Virus record (IMG/VR): IMGVR_UViG_3300034064_000298
Coordinates: 1-59,239 of that record
DNA length: 59,239 bases
From: a virus
Taxonomy: Duplodnaviria; Caudoviricetes
Reading direction: 5' to 3' (one strand)
The translations under genes were made by a program, and so were the position numbers. Under the pieces are notes generated by a model, which ran no database searches, had not been told where the DNA came from, and saw only the letters and a program-made list of their open reading frames with translations. Of this stretch, positions 30,080 to 39,549 are shown in pieces (position 1 is the first letter of the stretch; every line of letters starts with the position of its first letter).

Positions 30080-30499
30080 TCAAGCGTACTTTTGCTTTAC
30101 CTGCTCCGAGGATAGGCGACGATGAATCTGTAATTGTTTTGTATTTAGTATCGACTCGTTGTAGTTCAAAACATAACAGGAGTCGCTTACGGTCACTACA
30201 TTGTAGTCGTCATTTGTTAGTATTAGACTTGCATCGGCTATATCGCCACGATCCATCATGGATAGAGTATACAATATACCTAGACCTCTTGTCAAGTCGC
30301 AATATACGTTATCTTCCAATAATTCCCAAGGATTGGGCCAACGGTCGATATCGTCCCAGTGAAGATAGAAGGCGCTCCATGGAGTTTCCTGCCACCACTC
30401 GTTAATAGCAGTCAATGCTTCGGGTAGAGCCAACGTTTCGGAAGATGCCCTAAGCGCCTGCCAGCTCGTCAGACGCTGCTCAAAAGTTTTGTACCACAT
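30080..30499 (-). CDS. Hypothetical protein, possibly transglutaminase-like
   Basis: WPNPWELL....YCD...LG..YTL. Confidence 0.5.
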   Translation of the reverse strand: MWYKTFEQRLTSWQALRASSETLALPEALTAINEWWQETPWSAFYLHWDDIDRWPNPWELLEDNVYCDLTRGLGILYTLSMMDRGDIADASLILTNDDYNVVTVSDSCYVLNYNESILNTKQLQIHRRLSSEQVKQKYA

Positions 30500-30501
30500 G
30501 T

Positions 30502-32142
30502 TTATAGATGTTTGATAGAATAAGTCATTGAACCATCGTAGCTTGTGCTACTCGTCGTGTACTGAACGTATATGACGTCAGCGGGTTGAACCACGCTGAA
30601 AGTCACGCCTAGATCACTGGACTCGACAAAATCATCCGACCATGTTGGTGAAGTAGATACCCATTTCGGTGTAACTGTCAATGTGCCTATGCGTGATGCG
30701 GCGCCACGAACTATGCTATAGTCTATGGTGAAAGCGTTTACCAGTGCGGTATTTACGGCCAACTGAGTACCACCAACGCTAGTCACGGTGCTAGGACTTG
30801 TTGTGTTGTCCAACAATTCTGCTATTTGTCCAGACTGACGTATATATGTACCTACCGCTATTTGTGCGCTATTTGTGATCGCGATGCTGGTAGAATCATT
30901 CAGCAGAACTCTAGGGAAACTTGTACCAGGGTCGGCTATTCCAGAATACGCGTCTGTTCTAGCAAACATATCACCAACGCTGATATTGTTATCGCTTCTG
31001 AATTCAATTATAGCATAGCATGGATTTTGCAGTCCCAGTAACTGGTTGCCAACATCGTAGAAGATATTGTAGCCAGAGGCGTTCAACTGTGCTGTGCCTA
31101 TTAGTATACCTTGAGCGTATATGCTGTTGAAAACGTTGTTGGTTATTCTGAACCCAGACGCGCTATTCGTGGTGTCTGCGCCCATTCCAATTACAACTCC
31201 TTGGTGCAGCATGTCAAACGAGCAGCTATCTATACTCACTCCTTGTACGAGTTGCTCAATTCCAGTTGTTGGCTGAGCCGTATTGAACCCGTAGGTGGTG
31301 CCAGAAAATTGACATTCCTTGAAGTTTATATTGCTGGTAGTGATCGCAGGCGTACTGCTGAATCTTATCGCAGCCGTAAAAGGTGACAATATATTCAGCT
31401 GAGATGCTACCAATGCGCCCTGGAAGTTGACCGAGTTTAGACGACAATCAACGACGTTCTCAAATAGGAACACGTCGGATGATGTATTTAGGTTCACAAA
31501 GCTCATGTCAGAGATCGTGATCTGCCTAGGAGAAATTGCGCCGCCTGCACCCATATTCGGACCGGTATACTGATTGCTGTCAGCTGTTCTTGCAACAGGG
31601 ATCAGTGTTCGAATGATGTCCATTTGAATGATCGAGCTTTCGATACCATCACCATATAACGTAGCATAGGGTGGTATTTTAATGCTACTGGTAACGCGAT
31701 ATACACCGGCAGGGAAGAATATGGCTCGTCTGATCTGTGGATTTACGTCCACGCAATATATCTGAAACAGAGCGCGATTGATAGCTGCTGTATCATCCGT
31801 TACGCCATTACCAGTTGCGCCAAAATCTTTTACCGATACCCATTGATCCATCCAGCTCTGAATGCTTTGCTTGATCGGATCACCAGGAGTTGGACCAGTC
31901 TGTGCTATGTATCCTGCCGCTTCACCTTTGAATGTGTATGCCACTGGCACTGCCAGAATGTCGCTGAACTCAGTTAGAATTTCCGTGTTGCCTATAACTG
32001 GAGCACCTTCAGAAATCTCTCCATTGCCTATCCACAGACGCCGAGAATCAATACTCCATCCTAGTTCTGCACCCGCCAATTGAGGCAGGTCGATCTGTAA
32101 TCCCTTTCGGGCAGTAATCTGTGAAATCTGGGTTATAGCCAC
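30502..32142 (-). CDS. Tail spike / beta-helix (pectate lyase-like) virion protein
   Basis: N-terminal LAGAELGW...RLWIGNG head; VSVKDFGATGNGVTDDTAAINRAL, FFPAGVY; late motif at 32165-32172. Confidence 0.8.
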   Translation of the reverse strand: MAITQISQITARKGLQIDLPQLAGAELGWSIDSRRLWIGNGEISEGAPVIGNTEILTEFSDILAVPVAYTFKGEAAGYIAQTGPTPGDPIKQSIQSWMDQWVSVKDFGATGNGVTDDTAAINRALFQIYCVDVNPQIRRAIFFPAGVYRVTSSIKIPPYATLYGDGIESSIIQMDIIRTLIPVARTADSNQYTGPNMGAGGAISPRQITISDMSFVNLNTSSDVFLFENVVDCRLNSVNFQGALVASQLNILSPFTAAIRFSSTPAITTSNINFKECQFSGTTYGFNTAQPTTGIEQLVQGVSIDSCSFDMLHQGVVIGMGADTTNSASGFRITNNVFNSIYAQGILIGTAQLNASGYNIFYDVGNQLLGLQNPCYAIIEFRSDNNISVGDMFARTDAYSGIADPGTSFPRVLLNDSTSIAITNSAQIAVGTYIRQSGQIAELLDNTTSPSTVTSVGGTQLAVNTALVNAFTIDYSIVRGAASRIGTLTVTPKWVSTSPTWSDDFVESSDLGVTFSVVQPADVIYVQYTTSSTSYDGSMTYSIKHL

Positions 32143-32170
32143 TTGCGGTCTCCTGTTGTATCTGTATTTA

Positions 32171-32887
32171 TCAGATCAGGTAGTATTGCTCTAGTCGTTT
32201 CCACCAGCGATCAGCCCACATGTTGAAATCATCTGGTTTTAGGATGAATTCTTGGTATGTTGGTTTACCTTCAATGAGACCATCGCTACTCATCTTGGGT
32301 TTTACAGCCATCAGCACAACTCCCTTCTTGATATTGGTTCCATGAACCTCGTTGTGCGCGAGAGCATACGCAGTCAGCTGAAGATAATAGTCTTCTACCT
32401 GTTCTTCGGTCTTGACTCGGTTGGACTGCTTATAGTCGAGTATAGCTTCATCACCTAGGTGAATACCTATGCCATCCGTTGTGCCAGCATATAGACCTGG
32501 AAAGTATAGCGGAACTTCAACGCCCCAAACTTCGTCCACTTTGGATAGACCTTCTTGAATGACGAGTTCTGCCATCAGGTGACTAGGCCATGAAAATGGG
32601 TTGGAGCCTCTGTCCTTTAAAGCGCCATCCTTGATGTAGTTTTCAAGGTAGGTGTGCATACGAGTGCCTCGATTGGCAGCCTCAGTTGTTATCTTTTGCG
32701 CTCGCTCATGGCCGATACTGTCTCGCCATTTTTGAAGTGCTTCCTTCTTCTTTTTAGGAGTGGTTGCAGATAGCACAGTGGTGACACTTGGAACAGGTGT
32801 TCCATCTGGTGTCATGTATAGGCGTTTGCCCTCGACGGATGATCTCTTGATCGAGATATAGTCGAAGCGGGGTTTTAGTAGACTCAT
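32171..32887 (-). CDS. PD-(D/E)xK exonuclease
   Basis: PSVTTVL, RGTRMH, EVPL, YAGTTD, DYK, YYLQLTAYA; promoter at 32921-32949. Confidence 0.88.
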   Translation of the reverse strand: MSLLKPRFDYISIKRSSVEGKRLYMTPDGTPVPSVTTVLSATTPKKKKEALQKWRDSIGHERAQKITTEAANRGTRMHTYLENYIKDGALKDRGSNPFSWPSHLMAELVIQEGLSKVDEVWGVEVPLYFPGLYAGTTDGIGIHLGDEAILDYKQSNRVKTEEQVEDYYLQLTAYALAHNEVHGTNIKKGVVLMAVKPKMSSDGLIEGKPTYQEFILKPDDFNMWADRWWKRLEQYYLI

Positions 32888-32945
32888 TGGACCTCTGATA
32901 AGAGTTAATTTGATGTTTGTATGGTACTAGGCTTGACGACGGAAG

Positions 32946-33173
32946 TCAAGACCATGGACGAGTTAATTTGATTTTTTCTGCGTCGTCTCGGCGCATCACG
33001 ATGTCAGTGTGCATGATTTTTACTTGGATAGGATCGTCCAGTGGACCCGCTCGTACCATCGAGACAAGAACACCTATCTTGAACCCTAGGGCGTATAGTC
33101 GAGGATCCCGAGGGCAGTCCTGGATGATACCGGACTGGCCTGTTTGAAGGTCATTTAGAGAGCATTTGTTCAT
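32946..33173 (-). CDS. feoA: FeoA-like SH3 domain protein
   Basis: L.DL..GQ.G.I, RL.ALGF..G, PLDDPIQV, RRDDA.KI; promoter at 33188-33216. Confidence 0.7.
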   Translation of the reverse strand: MNKCSLNDLQTGQSGIIQDCPRDPRLYALGFKIGVLVSMVRAGPLDDPIQVKIMHTDIVMRRDDAEKIKLTRPWS

Positions 33174-33219
33174 GATTTACTTTACTCATGATAACTGGTA
33201 GCCAGTCGAAAGTCAACGT

Positions 33220-33543
33220 TTATTTGCGTCGTTTCATCGCCTTTTTAGCATTTGAGTCGACCACGTTTCTGGCCTGATCAACACTCATGTTCTGTGATGG
33301 TTCTTCGTTTCCTTTGAATCGAATTTTATCGGACATAGGATCGAGTGGCTCAACGATGCCACTCATCGGCTCCTGTGACAGTAGATCCGCTAGAGTATCA
33401 GGTGTGACATTTACGCCAAGATTTTTAGCCATATTGATGAACGCTGTCTGGCTAATTTCTTTCTTGGCGGTAGTATCATCCGCACGACCCAGTAGTAACT
33501 GGGTGACGGCTAGTAACTTCTTCGTGGATGCGTTATCGGCCAT
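33220..33543 (-). CDS. Hypothetical late protein
   Basis: 107-aa ORF in late operon. Confidence 0.6.
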   Translation of the reverse strand: MADNASTKKLLAVTQLLLGRADDTTAKKEISQTAFINMAKNLGVNVTPDTLADLLSQEPMSGIVEPLDPMSDKIRFKGNEEPSQNMSVDQARNVVDSNAKKAMKRRK

Positions 33544-33554
33544 GTTGGTTATCC

Positions 33555-35024
33555 TTAGATTCTGTTACGTCCAAGATTTCCAACTGGGACCTCGTCACTA
33601 TCGACGTCGATATCTAAATCGGTATCGATATCTGAGTCGTCGCCTAAGTCTGCGTCGAAATCAAAGTCGTCTTCGCCGCCTAAATCATCATCCATATCAG
33701 GCAGGCCACCGCCCATGTCATCGCCCATGTCACCACCTAAGGGTTCCTGACCGGTAACAACACCAAGGGCTTCTTCCAACTGCTGACGTGACTCTTCTAG
33801 ACTCTGAACTAGCTGAGAAAGGGCTGCGCTTGCGTCTGTTTTGAATTGACCGGCCTGATCGATTCCCATCTCATTTCTAACCTGGCTGACAAGGGCTGGC
33901 AGATCTTTGTACTGCATGGAGGTAGCTTGCTCGATCATCTTCTGAACGTTGTCTACCATGTCCTGTGCTGCCAACACTACCTGCGCCTGTTGAATCTCAC
34001 TTTCACGCAACGCACGACGCAGAGAACGACGTGATTCGTTAGTTGCCGTGTTCGAACTCCATTTAACATCACCGCTAAGAATACCTTCCAGATCTTTCAA
34101 TTGCTTGAGAATATTTGGATCTTTTGACCTGTTGGCACTTAGTCTATCGTGTTTCTTTACCAACTCTTGGTAGACTTTGTACGGTATTCTTTGAAGTCTC
34201 ATTCTTTTTACAAGTTCTTCGTCGCTTGCTTCGGTTTGCATAGGAGAACCCATGGCGGCAGATGCTACTGTTTTCTGTTCGTCGGGTGACAGGTTTTGTC
34301 CAGATTTGGCTTTGGTCATTGCGGTGCGTAGTTTAGGGTCTTGAATCTTCTGGATAGCCTGAGTTTGTGCTGCTTTCATTTTTGCTTGATCGGCTGGATT
34401 CGTAGTACCACCTAAACCAGGAAGTGCATCTTCTTTTACGTCTTTCTTCTTTTTGGCGTTATATTTCTTGTCTGCGTTAATATGTGCTGCTCGTTCCTGA
34501 GCCTCATATTTTGCTGCATAAGTAGCCACAACTTTCCCGTCATCGACGACATTGAACTTGCCAATTGAAGGTACTACTTTTGCTTCGCTTAACTCGGTAG
34601 CGGCTTCTTTTACGTCTTTCTTCTTTTTGGCGTTATATTTCTTGTCTGCGTTAATATGTGCTGCTCGTTCCTGAGCCTCATATTTTGCTGCATAAGTAGC
34701 CACAACTTTCCCGTCATCGACGACATTGAACTTGCCCATTGAAGGTACTACTTTTGCTTCGCTTAAACTAGCCGCTGTTTCGCCAATCAGAGTCGACAGG
34801 ACATTTTCCATCATCATCAGCTTCAAGTACGCAGGATTCTTTTCACTGTGGTGAAAAGAATGAGAACGACGATGTTCCAGTACCAAACCACGAACACGAG
34901 ACAATAGCCCACGCGCCTGGCGATCGGTCAAATTTTCAATTTGAAAGCCCTTACCAAAGTAGCTTTCAAATACCTTAGCGGCTTGCCTTGAAGGTTTAGG
35001 CGCGGACAGTTCGTTCAATTTCAT
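33555..35024 (-). CDS. Putative head/scaffold-type protein with internal 58-aa duplication
   Basis: MKLNE start, multiple xxE motifs, coiled coil, acidic tail. Confidence 0.55.
   Translation of the reverse strand: MKLNELSAPKPSRQAAKVFESYFGKGFQIENLTDRQARGLLSRVRGLVLEHRRSHSFHHSEKNPAYLKLMMMENVLSTLIGETAASLSEAKVVPSMGKFNVVDDGKVVATYAAKYEAQERAAHINADKKYNAKKKKDVKEAATELSEAKVVPSIGKFNVVDDGKVVATYAAKYEAQERAAHINADKKYNAKKKKDVKEDALPGLGGTTNPADQAKMKAAQTQAIQKIQDPKLRTAMTKAKSGQNLSPDEQKTVASAAMGSPMQTEASDEELVKRMRLQRIPYKVYQELVKKHDRLSANRSKDPNILKQLKDLEGILSGDVKWSSNTATNESRRSLRRALRESEIQQAQVVLAAQDMVDNVQKMIEQATSMQYKDLPALVSQVRNEMGIDQAGQFKTDASAALSQLVQSLEESRQQLEEALGVVTGQEPLGGDMGDDMGGGLPDMDDDLGGEDDFDFDADLGDDSDIDTDLDIDVDSDEVPVGNLGRNRI
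34430..34766. repeat. Direct repeat, 163 bp x2 (period 174 bp)
   Basis: 34430-34592 and 34604-34766 differ at one position (ccaatt vs cccatt). Confidence 0.9.
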
Positions 35025-35472
35025 TTGTAAATCCTCTGGTTTGATAAAAGTGAGAAATCATAATACATTTATTCAGACGGGCCTGTATATCGGCCTTATA
35101 CTTAAGTTTACTTTCTAACTTAAAGGTTATACGCTCAACGAGATCAATATCTTTTGATGATTTGGCAATAGCCGACCTAACATGAATGTCGTTGGTTAGT
35201 TCCAACAATCTTCCATCTAGCTGCTTTATTTCCCTGGCTAAATCATCATACTCGTATTTATCAGCGACACACCAGCTCAATGCAGAGCGAGTACTGCCGA
35301 AATAACCTATCAAATCATTATTACGAATAACGCCATAACTACCGTCATGTGGTATTATCCGATATTTTCCAAACACGAAATAACTACCATCTGAGTTGCC
35401 ACACATAGCATTTATTTTGGTATTTTCAAGCTCGTCCTTAAGTATCTTCTTAAATTTCTGTTTATTTTTCAT
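34996..35472 (-). CDS. Hypothetical late protein
   Basis: 158-aa ORF; GATAAATATAAATA at 35473-35486. Confidence 0.6.
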   Translation of the reverse strand: MKNKQKFKKILKDELENTKINAMCGNSDGSYFVFGKYRIIPHDGSYGVIRNNDLIGYFGSTRSALSWCVADKYEYDDLAREIKQLDGRLLELTNDIHVRSAIAKSSKDIDLVERITFKLESKLKYKADIQARLNKCIMISHFYQTRGFTNEIERTVRA

Positions 35473-35484
35473 TATTTATATTTA

Positions 35485-35895
35485 TCAAATTTTTTGAAAG
35501 TATAGATTCTGATCGATACCATCGACTACTAACATGTTGGATTTTATTGATTGGTCATCATATACTATCATAGGTACATTTTTGGCGTCGTTTTTCAAAA
35601 TTTCAAATGGGTCAAATTCACTGCCATATACTGAAATATCCTCGACCGAGAATTCAAAATACCATTTAGATTTGTGTTTGACTGGATATACTATATCAAA
35701 TATTTGTGTTCTAAGTGAGATAACCTGAGTAAGGGTTTCCCAGTTTCGTTGTTGATTTCTCGAACGATTCCAACCAGCATTGTTTTCAATAAGTTGACAG
35801 GCTGAATCTTTGTATGGGAGTTTGTGTGGCTGAAAGTATCCCGTTGTATTGGTGAAAGTGATGTCGAATATAGTGGAGACTCTTATGGCATACAT
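35485..35895 (-). CDS. Hypothetical late protein (start MYAIRV)
   Basis: GATAAATA at 35901-35908 directly upstream. Confidence 0.6.
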   Translation of the reverse strand: MYAIRVSTIFDITFTNTTGYFQPHKLPYKDSACQLIENNAGWNRSRNQQRNWETLTQVISLRTQIFDIVYPVKHKSKWYFEFSVEDISVYGSEFDPFEILKNDAKNVPMIVYDDQSIKSNMLVVDGIDQNLYFQKI

Positions 35896-35913
35896 GCAGA
35901 TATTTATCGGCAC

Positions 35914-35943
35914 AAAAAAGGCCCGAGAATTACCCCGAGCCTT
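35914..35943 (-). terminator. Intrinsic terminator
   Basis: aaggctcgggg-taat-tctcgggcc-tttttt on the minus strand. Confidence 0.75.
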
Positions 35944-35965
35944 GTTTCGTGTTACTAGCTTGTTA

Positions 35966-36430
35966 TTAGCAAGGTGCAGTAGCGGTTGAAGCCAAACGGA
36001 ATCCAACGTTGGTCACGGTTGTGCCAGTGAAGTCATAGCCGTTGACAATACCAATACCAGATACCAGAGCAGCCAGAGTCGTTGTAGAGTTGTCTGTGCC
36101 GTCTTGTGCAGTGTTGAACGCTCCGGTGGGGAAAGTAGCAACGCTGAAGTTGTTGGTAGAGGCAGTTGCGTCAACCTGATATACAGCAACAACAGAATAC
36201 TGCTGAATGGTCTGTAACAGAGTCTGAACTGCGCCATTTACTCCAGCCTGTGTGGTAGCAGCATCGCCACCGCCCAGAGTCATGCCGAAAAAGTCTAGCT
36301 TAGGACCGGCAAAGTTAGTAGGAACACCAGCGGGTGCATATGCAACGTTAGCTGATAACTGAGGACCGTTCAGGGTATCAGTTGCGAATACGGGCTGTGA
36401 ACCACCGCTTACGATTTGAATTTGTGCCAT
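35966..36430 (-). CDS. Abundant structural protein (possible capsid decoration)
   Basis: Strong AAGGAGA RBS, late motif at 36470-36477, own terminator, A/G/T-rich composition. Confidence 0.55.
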   Translation of the reverse strand: MAQIQIVSGGSQPVFATDTLNGPQLSANVAYAPAGVPTNFAGPKLDFFGMTLGGGDAATTQAGVNGAVQTLLQTIQQYSVVAVYQVDATASTNNFSVATFPTGAFNTAQDGTDNSTTTLAALVSGIGIVNGYDFTGTTVTNVGFRLASTATAPC

Positions 36431-36492
36431 TTTAATTCTCCTTATTTAATGGGCTGTTTGCCCTACATGTATTTATCTTTTTTCACAAATTT

Positions 36493-38310
36493 TCATTTAG
36501 GCGTTTTACCGTCCCACATAGCCCTGTTCCCTGCGCTGAAGTTGAAACGATCTACCAGCTTTGCTCTACCTGACGGTGTTGCCAGTACCCAACCCTCTTG
36601 ACCTGGTTGCTGGTTATTTAACTGTCCAAGCATGTCTGATTTCAATTCATGGAGCAGCAAGAACTCAGTGAATGCTGCGCTCAAACCATCTAGGTTGCTA
36701 CTCGGACTCTGGAGATATTCGACTATGTTGTTGAATTTACCATTTGAAACATTGCCTCTGAGCCATTCGGCAAAGCCAGTCAATAAATCGTCATAGTTGC
36801 TGGAAATACGGCTGTTGATATATCTCTTGCATAGTTTGGGGAAATCAGTTATTCTAGCAGATCGTAGTTCCATTGGGTTGAAGAGTTGGTCGATATCTCT
36901 GCCATGGTTGTCCAGGATATGAGTTATCTGACTGATGATCCTTTCGCATGGCGTCACTGTATGAACCTGGTTGTAACTAGGGTCTATCAGTAATAGGCCA
37001 TTGACGGGGTTGAACGTCATGTTTTTTAGCGGCTGTTCAGGTGAATGAACACCATCGAATCGTGTGTGTACCGCTATGCCTATGTTGCTCTCTCCTATTT
37101 TCTCGCCTAGCAACGTATCTCTGGGTATATTGTACTCTATGAAATTCGGTTGAAATTTGAAAGCTCCTGCTGACTCCGGTGGACGTTGGGTAAATAGCAA
37201 ATCTCCCATCACGAATCCTCTGAACGTGTCGGGTGTTGCTGCCTTTAGTACGGGAAACAGTTGGGTGTACATGTCAATAAGCTCGGCTCGGTCGCCCTTT
37301 CGTCTGCTCATGATAGCGGCCAACTGTTCAGGAGTGGAGGATAGTCCATCGTAGCTCTTGGCGGTGAACCCTGACTTATCGGTTAGCACGAAGTCGCCGT
37401 TTGGCTTTCTTCCCCATACTAACGCGATTCCGTCCCATTTAAGACTTACCGCGTCTGCTACGTTTTCCGCGGAGTGCGCTATGATACTCAATGCTTCCAA
37501 AATACCACGACAACCACGCTCGAACACCAGGTCTTCCAGATGTTCTATTCTCGATGCCTCAACCAGTGGCACCATGCCTTGGTTGACTATTCTATCGCGT
37601 AGTCTAGCCAGGAAGTTAGTGTCGGATTCGGATTCCATGAATGGAATCCCTCTGCTGGCAAATTTCTCGCGGGCATACTTCAACTTTTCATCGCGCTTCT
37701 TGTCGTCCTTGATAGCGTCAAGTATGGTCTCGACGCTGTTCAGATCTTGTTCCGTTGCTGCATCGCCTAGAAGTAGTTTGGCTACTGCGTCAATGTTCGT
37801 GTATGCTTTTTTCTTGGCTGGGTCAATCAGTCCAGCGTTCTGGTTGATTTTGTAGCCTAGACTTTTAGCAATTGAGGTGAGTAGTATTCTTCTTTCTACT
37901 CCGGTATACTCGCTTCCATCTGGCTCGGATAGAAAAAATTTGACAAATTCTGGCTTTTTGGTAAACCAGAAGTCGGTCTGAACGTATCCTAGATTTGGTT
38001 TGCCATTGATAGGGGTTCGCAGGTGAACTCCCATTGGACAGCTTGACACATATGACTTAGGTTTTAGCTTGTTGCTTTCTGCCCACCGTTTTAGATGTGC
38101 CTCGAAGTCATCCTTGTCCACTTTGTTGGAATCAACGACAAGAGTGATACACTCACTGGTGTCATTCTTTCCGGTTTCCCCTGCTATTTTGTTTTGCAGC
38201 GACATGCCAGCAAGAAGCTCCAACCATGCTATCGTGGTCTTGATATCCGTCTGTGCTATTCTGCCGGTCAGCGACTGGTCATCAGCGTTCTTGAAGTCAT
38301 TCCGGCTCAT
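36493..38310 (-). CDS. Two-domain protein: degenerate nucleotidyltransferase-like N-terminus plus KxDG ligase-like domain
   Basis: GETGK..TSECITLVVD ... YVQTDF; HLEDL...SLKWDG.A.VWG...TDK...GDLLF...FQPN...EGWV...KLVDR. Confidence 0.55.
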   Translation of the reverse strand: MSRNDFKNADDQSLTGRIAQTDIKTTIAWLELLAGMSLQNKIAGETGKNDTSECITLVVDSNKVDKDDFEAHLKRWAESNKLKPKSYVSSCPMGVHLRTPINGKPNLGYVQTDFWFTKKPEFVKFFLSEPDGSEYTGVERRILLTSIAKSLGYKINQNAGLIDPAKKKAYTNIDAVAKLLLGDAATEQDLNSVETILDAIKDDKKRDEKLKYAREKFASRGIPFMESESDTNFLARLRDRIVNQGMVPLVEASRIEHLEDLVFERGCRGILEALSIIAHSAENVADAVSLKWDGIALVWGRKPNGDFVLTDKSGFTAKSYDGLSSTPEQLAAIMSRRKGDRAELIDMYTQLFPVLKAATPDTFRGFVMGDLLFTQRPPESAGAFKFQPNFIEYNIPRDTLLGEKIGESNIGIAVHTRFDGVHSPEQPLKNMTFNPVNGLLLIDPSYNQVHTVTPCERIISQITHILDNHGRDIDQLFNPMELRSARITDFPKLCKRYINSRISSNYDDLLTGFAEWLRGNVSNGKFNNIVEYLQSPSSNLDGLSAAFTEFLLLHELKSDMLGQLNNQQPGQEGWVLATPSGRAKLVDRFNFSAGNRAMWDGKTPK

Positions 38311-39281
38311 CCTAGTTTAAATCCCATGAGTTTTAGTAGTTCATCGGCTCCTGGATTTCCTGTAGGTCTTGCCTTATTCGAACCTCCGCTCGCTTCAATC
38401 GTTTTGTCTCCAAGATTTCGCAATGCTGTGTTGGTAATACCTGCCTGAGATAAGTCTCGTATAAGATGCTCGGAATCAATGTCTTGATGAGTATTTTGCC
38501 TACGACCTGATCTTCTGTCAGGTATGTCTGCCATTTTTTGACTCATACTAGCTGCAGTAATCAACTCTGTGAATAACTTTTTTTCATTCGATTCATCTTC
38601 CTCCGATATGATATCCTCGTTGGCTTTGTGGCGAATTAATGGCTGAGTTGCGCGGCCAGTGTCATCTTCGGAATCCTGTGCATATTTTTCACGAGCTGCG
38701 GCTGCCTGTGCTTTCTGCTTATCCAACTCTTGTTGGTATTGTTGCTTGCTTGCACGAATCTCTTCTGGAGTTGGTGGTGTTCTAGTCTGTCCCAATTTCA
38801 GCTGCTTTTGTGCCGGCTGATCTGCTGTGTTCGATGTATCATCTGTTGATTTTGACGATGGAGGTTTATTAGTAACAGGAGCACTTAACTTATTTATGAT
38901 CTTGGCAATATGATCGCCATTGTCCAGACTCTTTAATGGACGATTACCAAGAAAGTTTTTCTGAACAAAGGCGTACAGCTGATTGCGATACAAATTACTA
39001 GTATGGTTTAAGTAGTCTTTTTTATCTTCCGGATCGGTTATGCTCGCTGCGTAACGCCTAACGAATTCTTTCCATACATTATACGATTTATCAGCAATCT
39101 GCTGTATTTGTGCCTGTCGTTTGCTATCTTTGAAATTACCAAGAGAGCCTGCATCCCATGCGCCTTTTACACCGCTGGCAAAACTTTTGGCAGCAGAAGC
39201 CATAGAACCTAGACTTGCTTCGTCTACTATGTCTTCATTTATCCGACTCTTTTTTGCTTGACTTACTTCGTATATTTTCAT
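38307..39281 (-). CDS. Putative internal head protein
   Basis: MKIYE, INE, VDE, ISE motifs; charged low-complexity linker. Confidence 0.5.
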   Translation of the reverse strand: MKIYEVSQAKKSRINEDIVDEASLGSMASAAKSFASGVKGAWDAGSLGNFKDSKRQAQIQQIADKSYNVWKEFVRRYAASITDPEDKKDYLNHTSNLYRNQLYAFVQKNFLGNRPLKSLDNGDHIAKIINKLSAPVTNKPPSSKSTDDTSNTADQPAQKQLKLGQTRTPPTPEEIRASKQQYQQELDKQKAQAAAAREKYAQDSEDDTGRATQPLIRHKANEDIISEEDESNEKKLFTELITAASMSQKMADIPDRRSGRRQNTHQDIDSEHLIRDLSQAGITNTALRNLGDKTIEASGGSNKARPTGNPGADELLKLMGFKLG

Positions 39282-39516
39282 TTGTTTTTCTCACTGATCT
39301 GGTGAACTTACTGGGATCCTTGAGTTTTATGGAATTCAACAACTTCCTAGTCAAATTCTCAGATTGTTCCTCAGTGTAAGTCTCTTCAATTTGTTCGATC
39401 AACCGTATCGCACTGGCAATAATATTCGAGGCCCTACTTTCAATTAGATGTTTGCGATCTCTCTCGATATAAAGAGAGTCTAGTTCCTCTAATATTGATC
39501 TGGTTTTCTTGTGCAT
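39235..39516 (-). CDS. Hypothetical late protein
   Basis: 93-aa ORF; GATAAATA at 39540-39547. Confidence 0.6.
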   Translation of the reverse strand: MHKKTRSILEELDSLYIERDRKHLIESRASNIIASAIRLIEQIEETYTEEQSENLTRKLLNSIKLKDPSKFTRSVRKTNENIRSKSSKKESDK

Positions 39517-39549
39517 AGAGTTACCGATTGAGTATTCTGTATTTATCAG

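Noticed and set aside
32171-32887. Cas4 adaptation nuclease
   Set aside because: No Fe-S cysteine cluster and no CRISPR context; an ordinary phage PD-(D/E)xK exonuclease.
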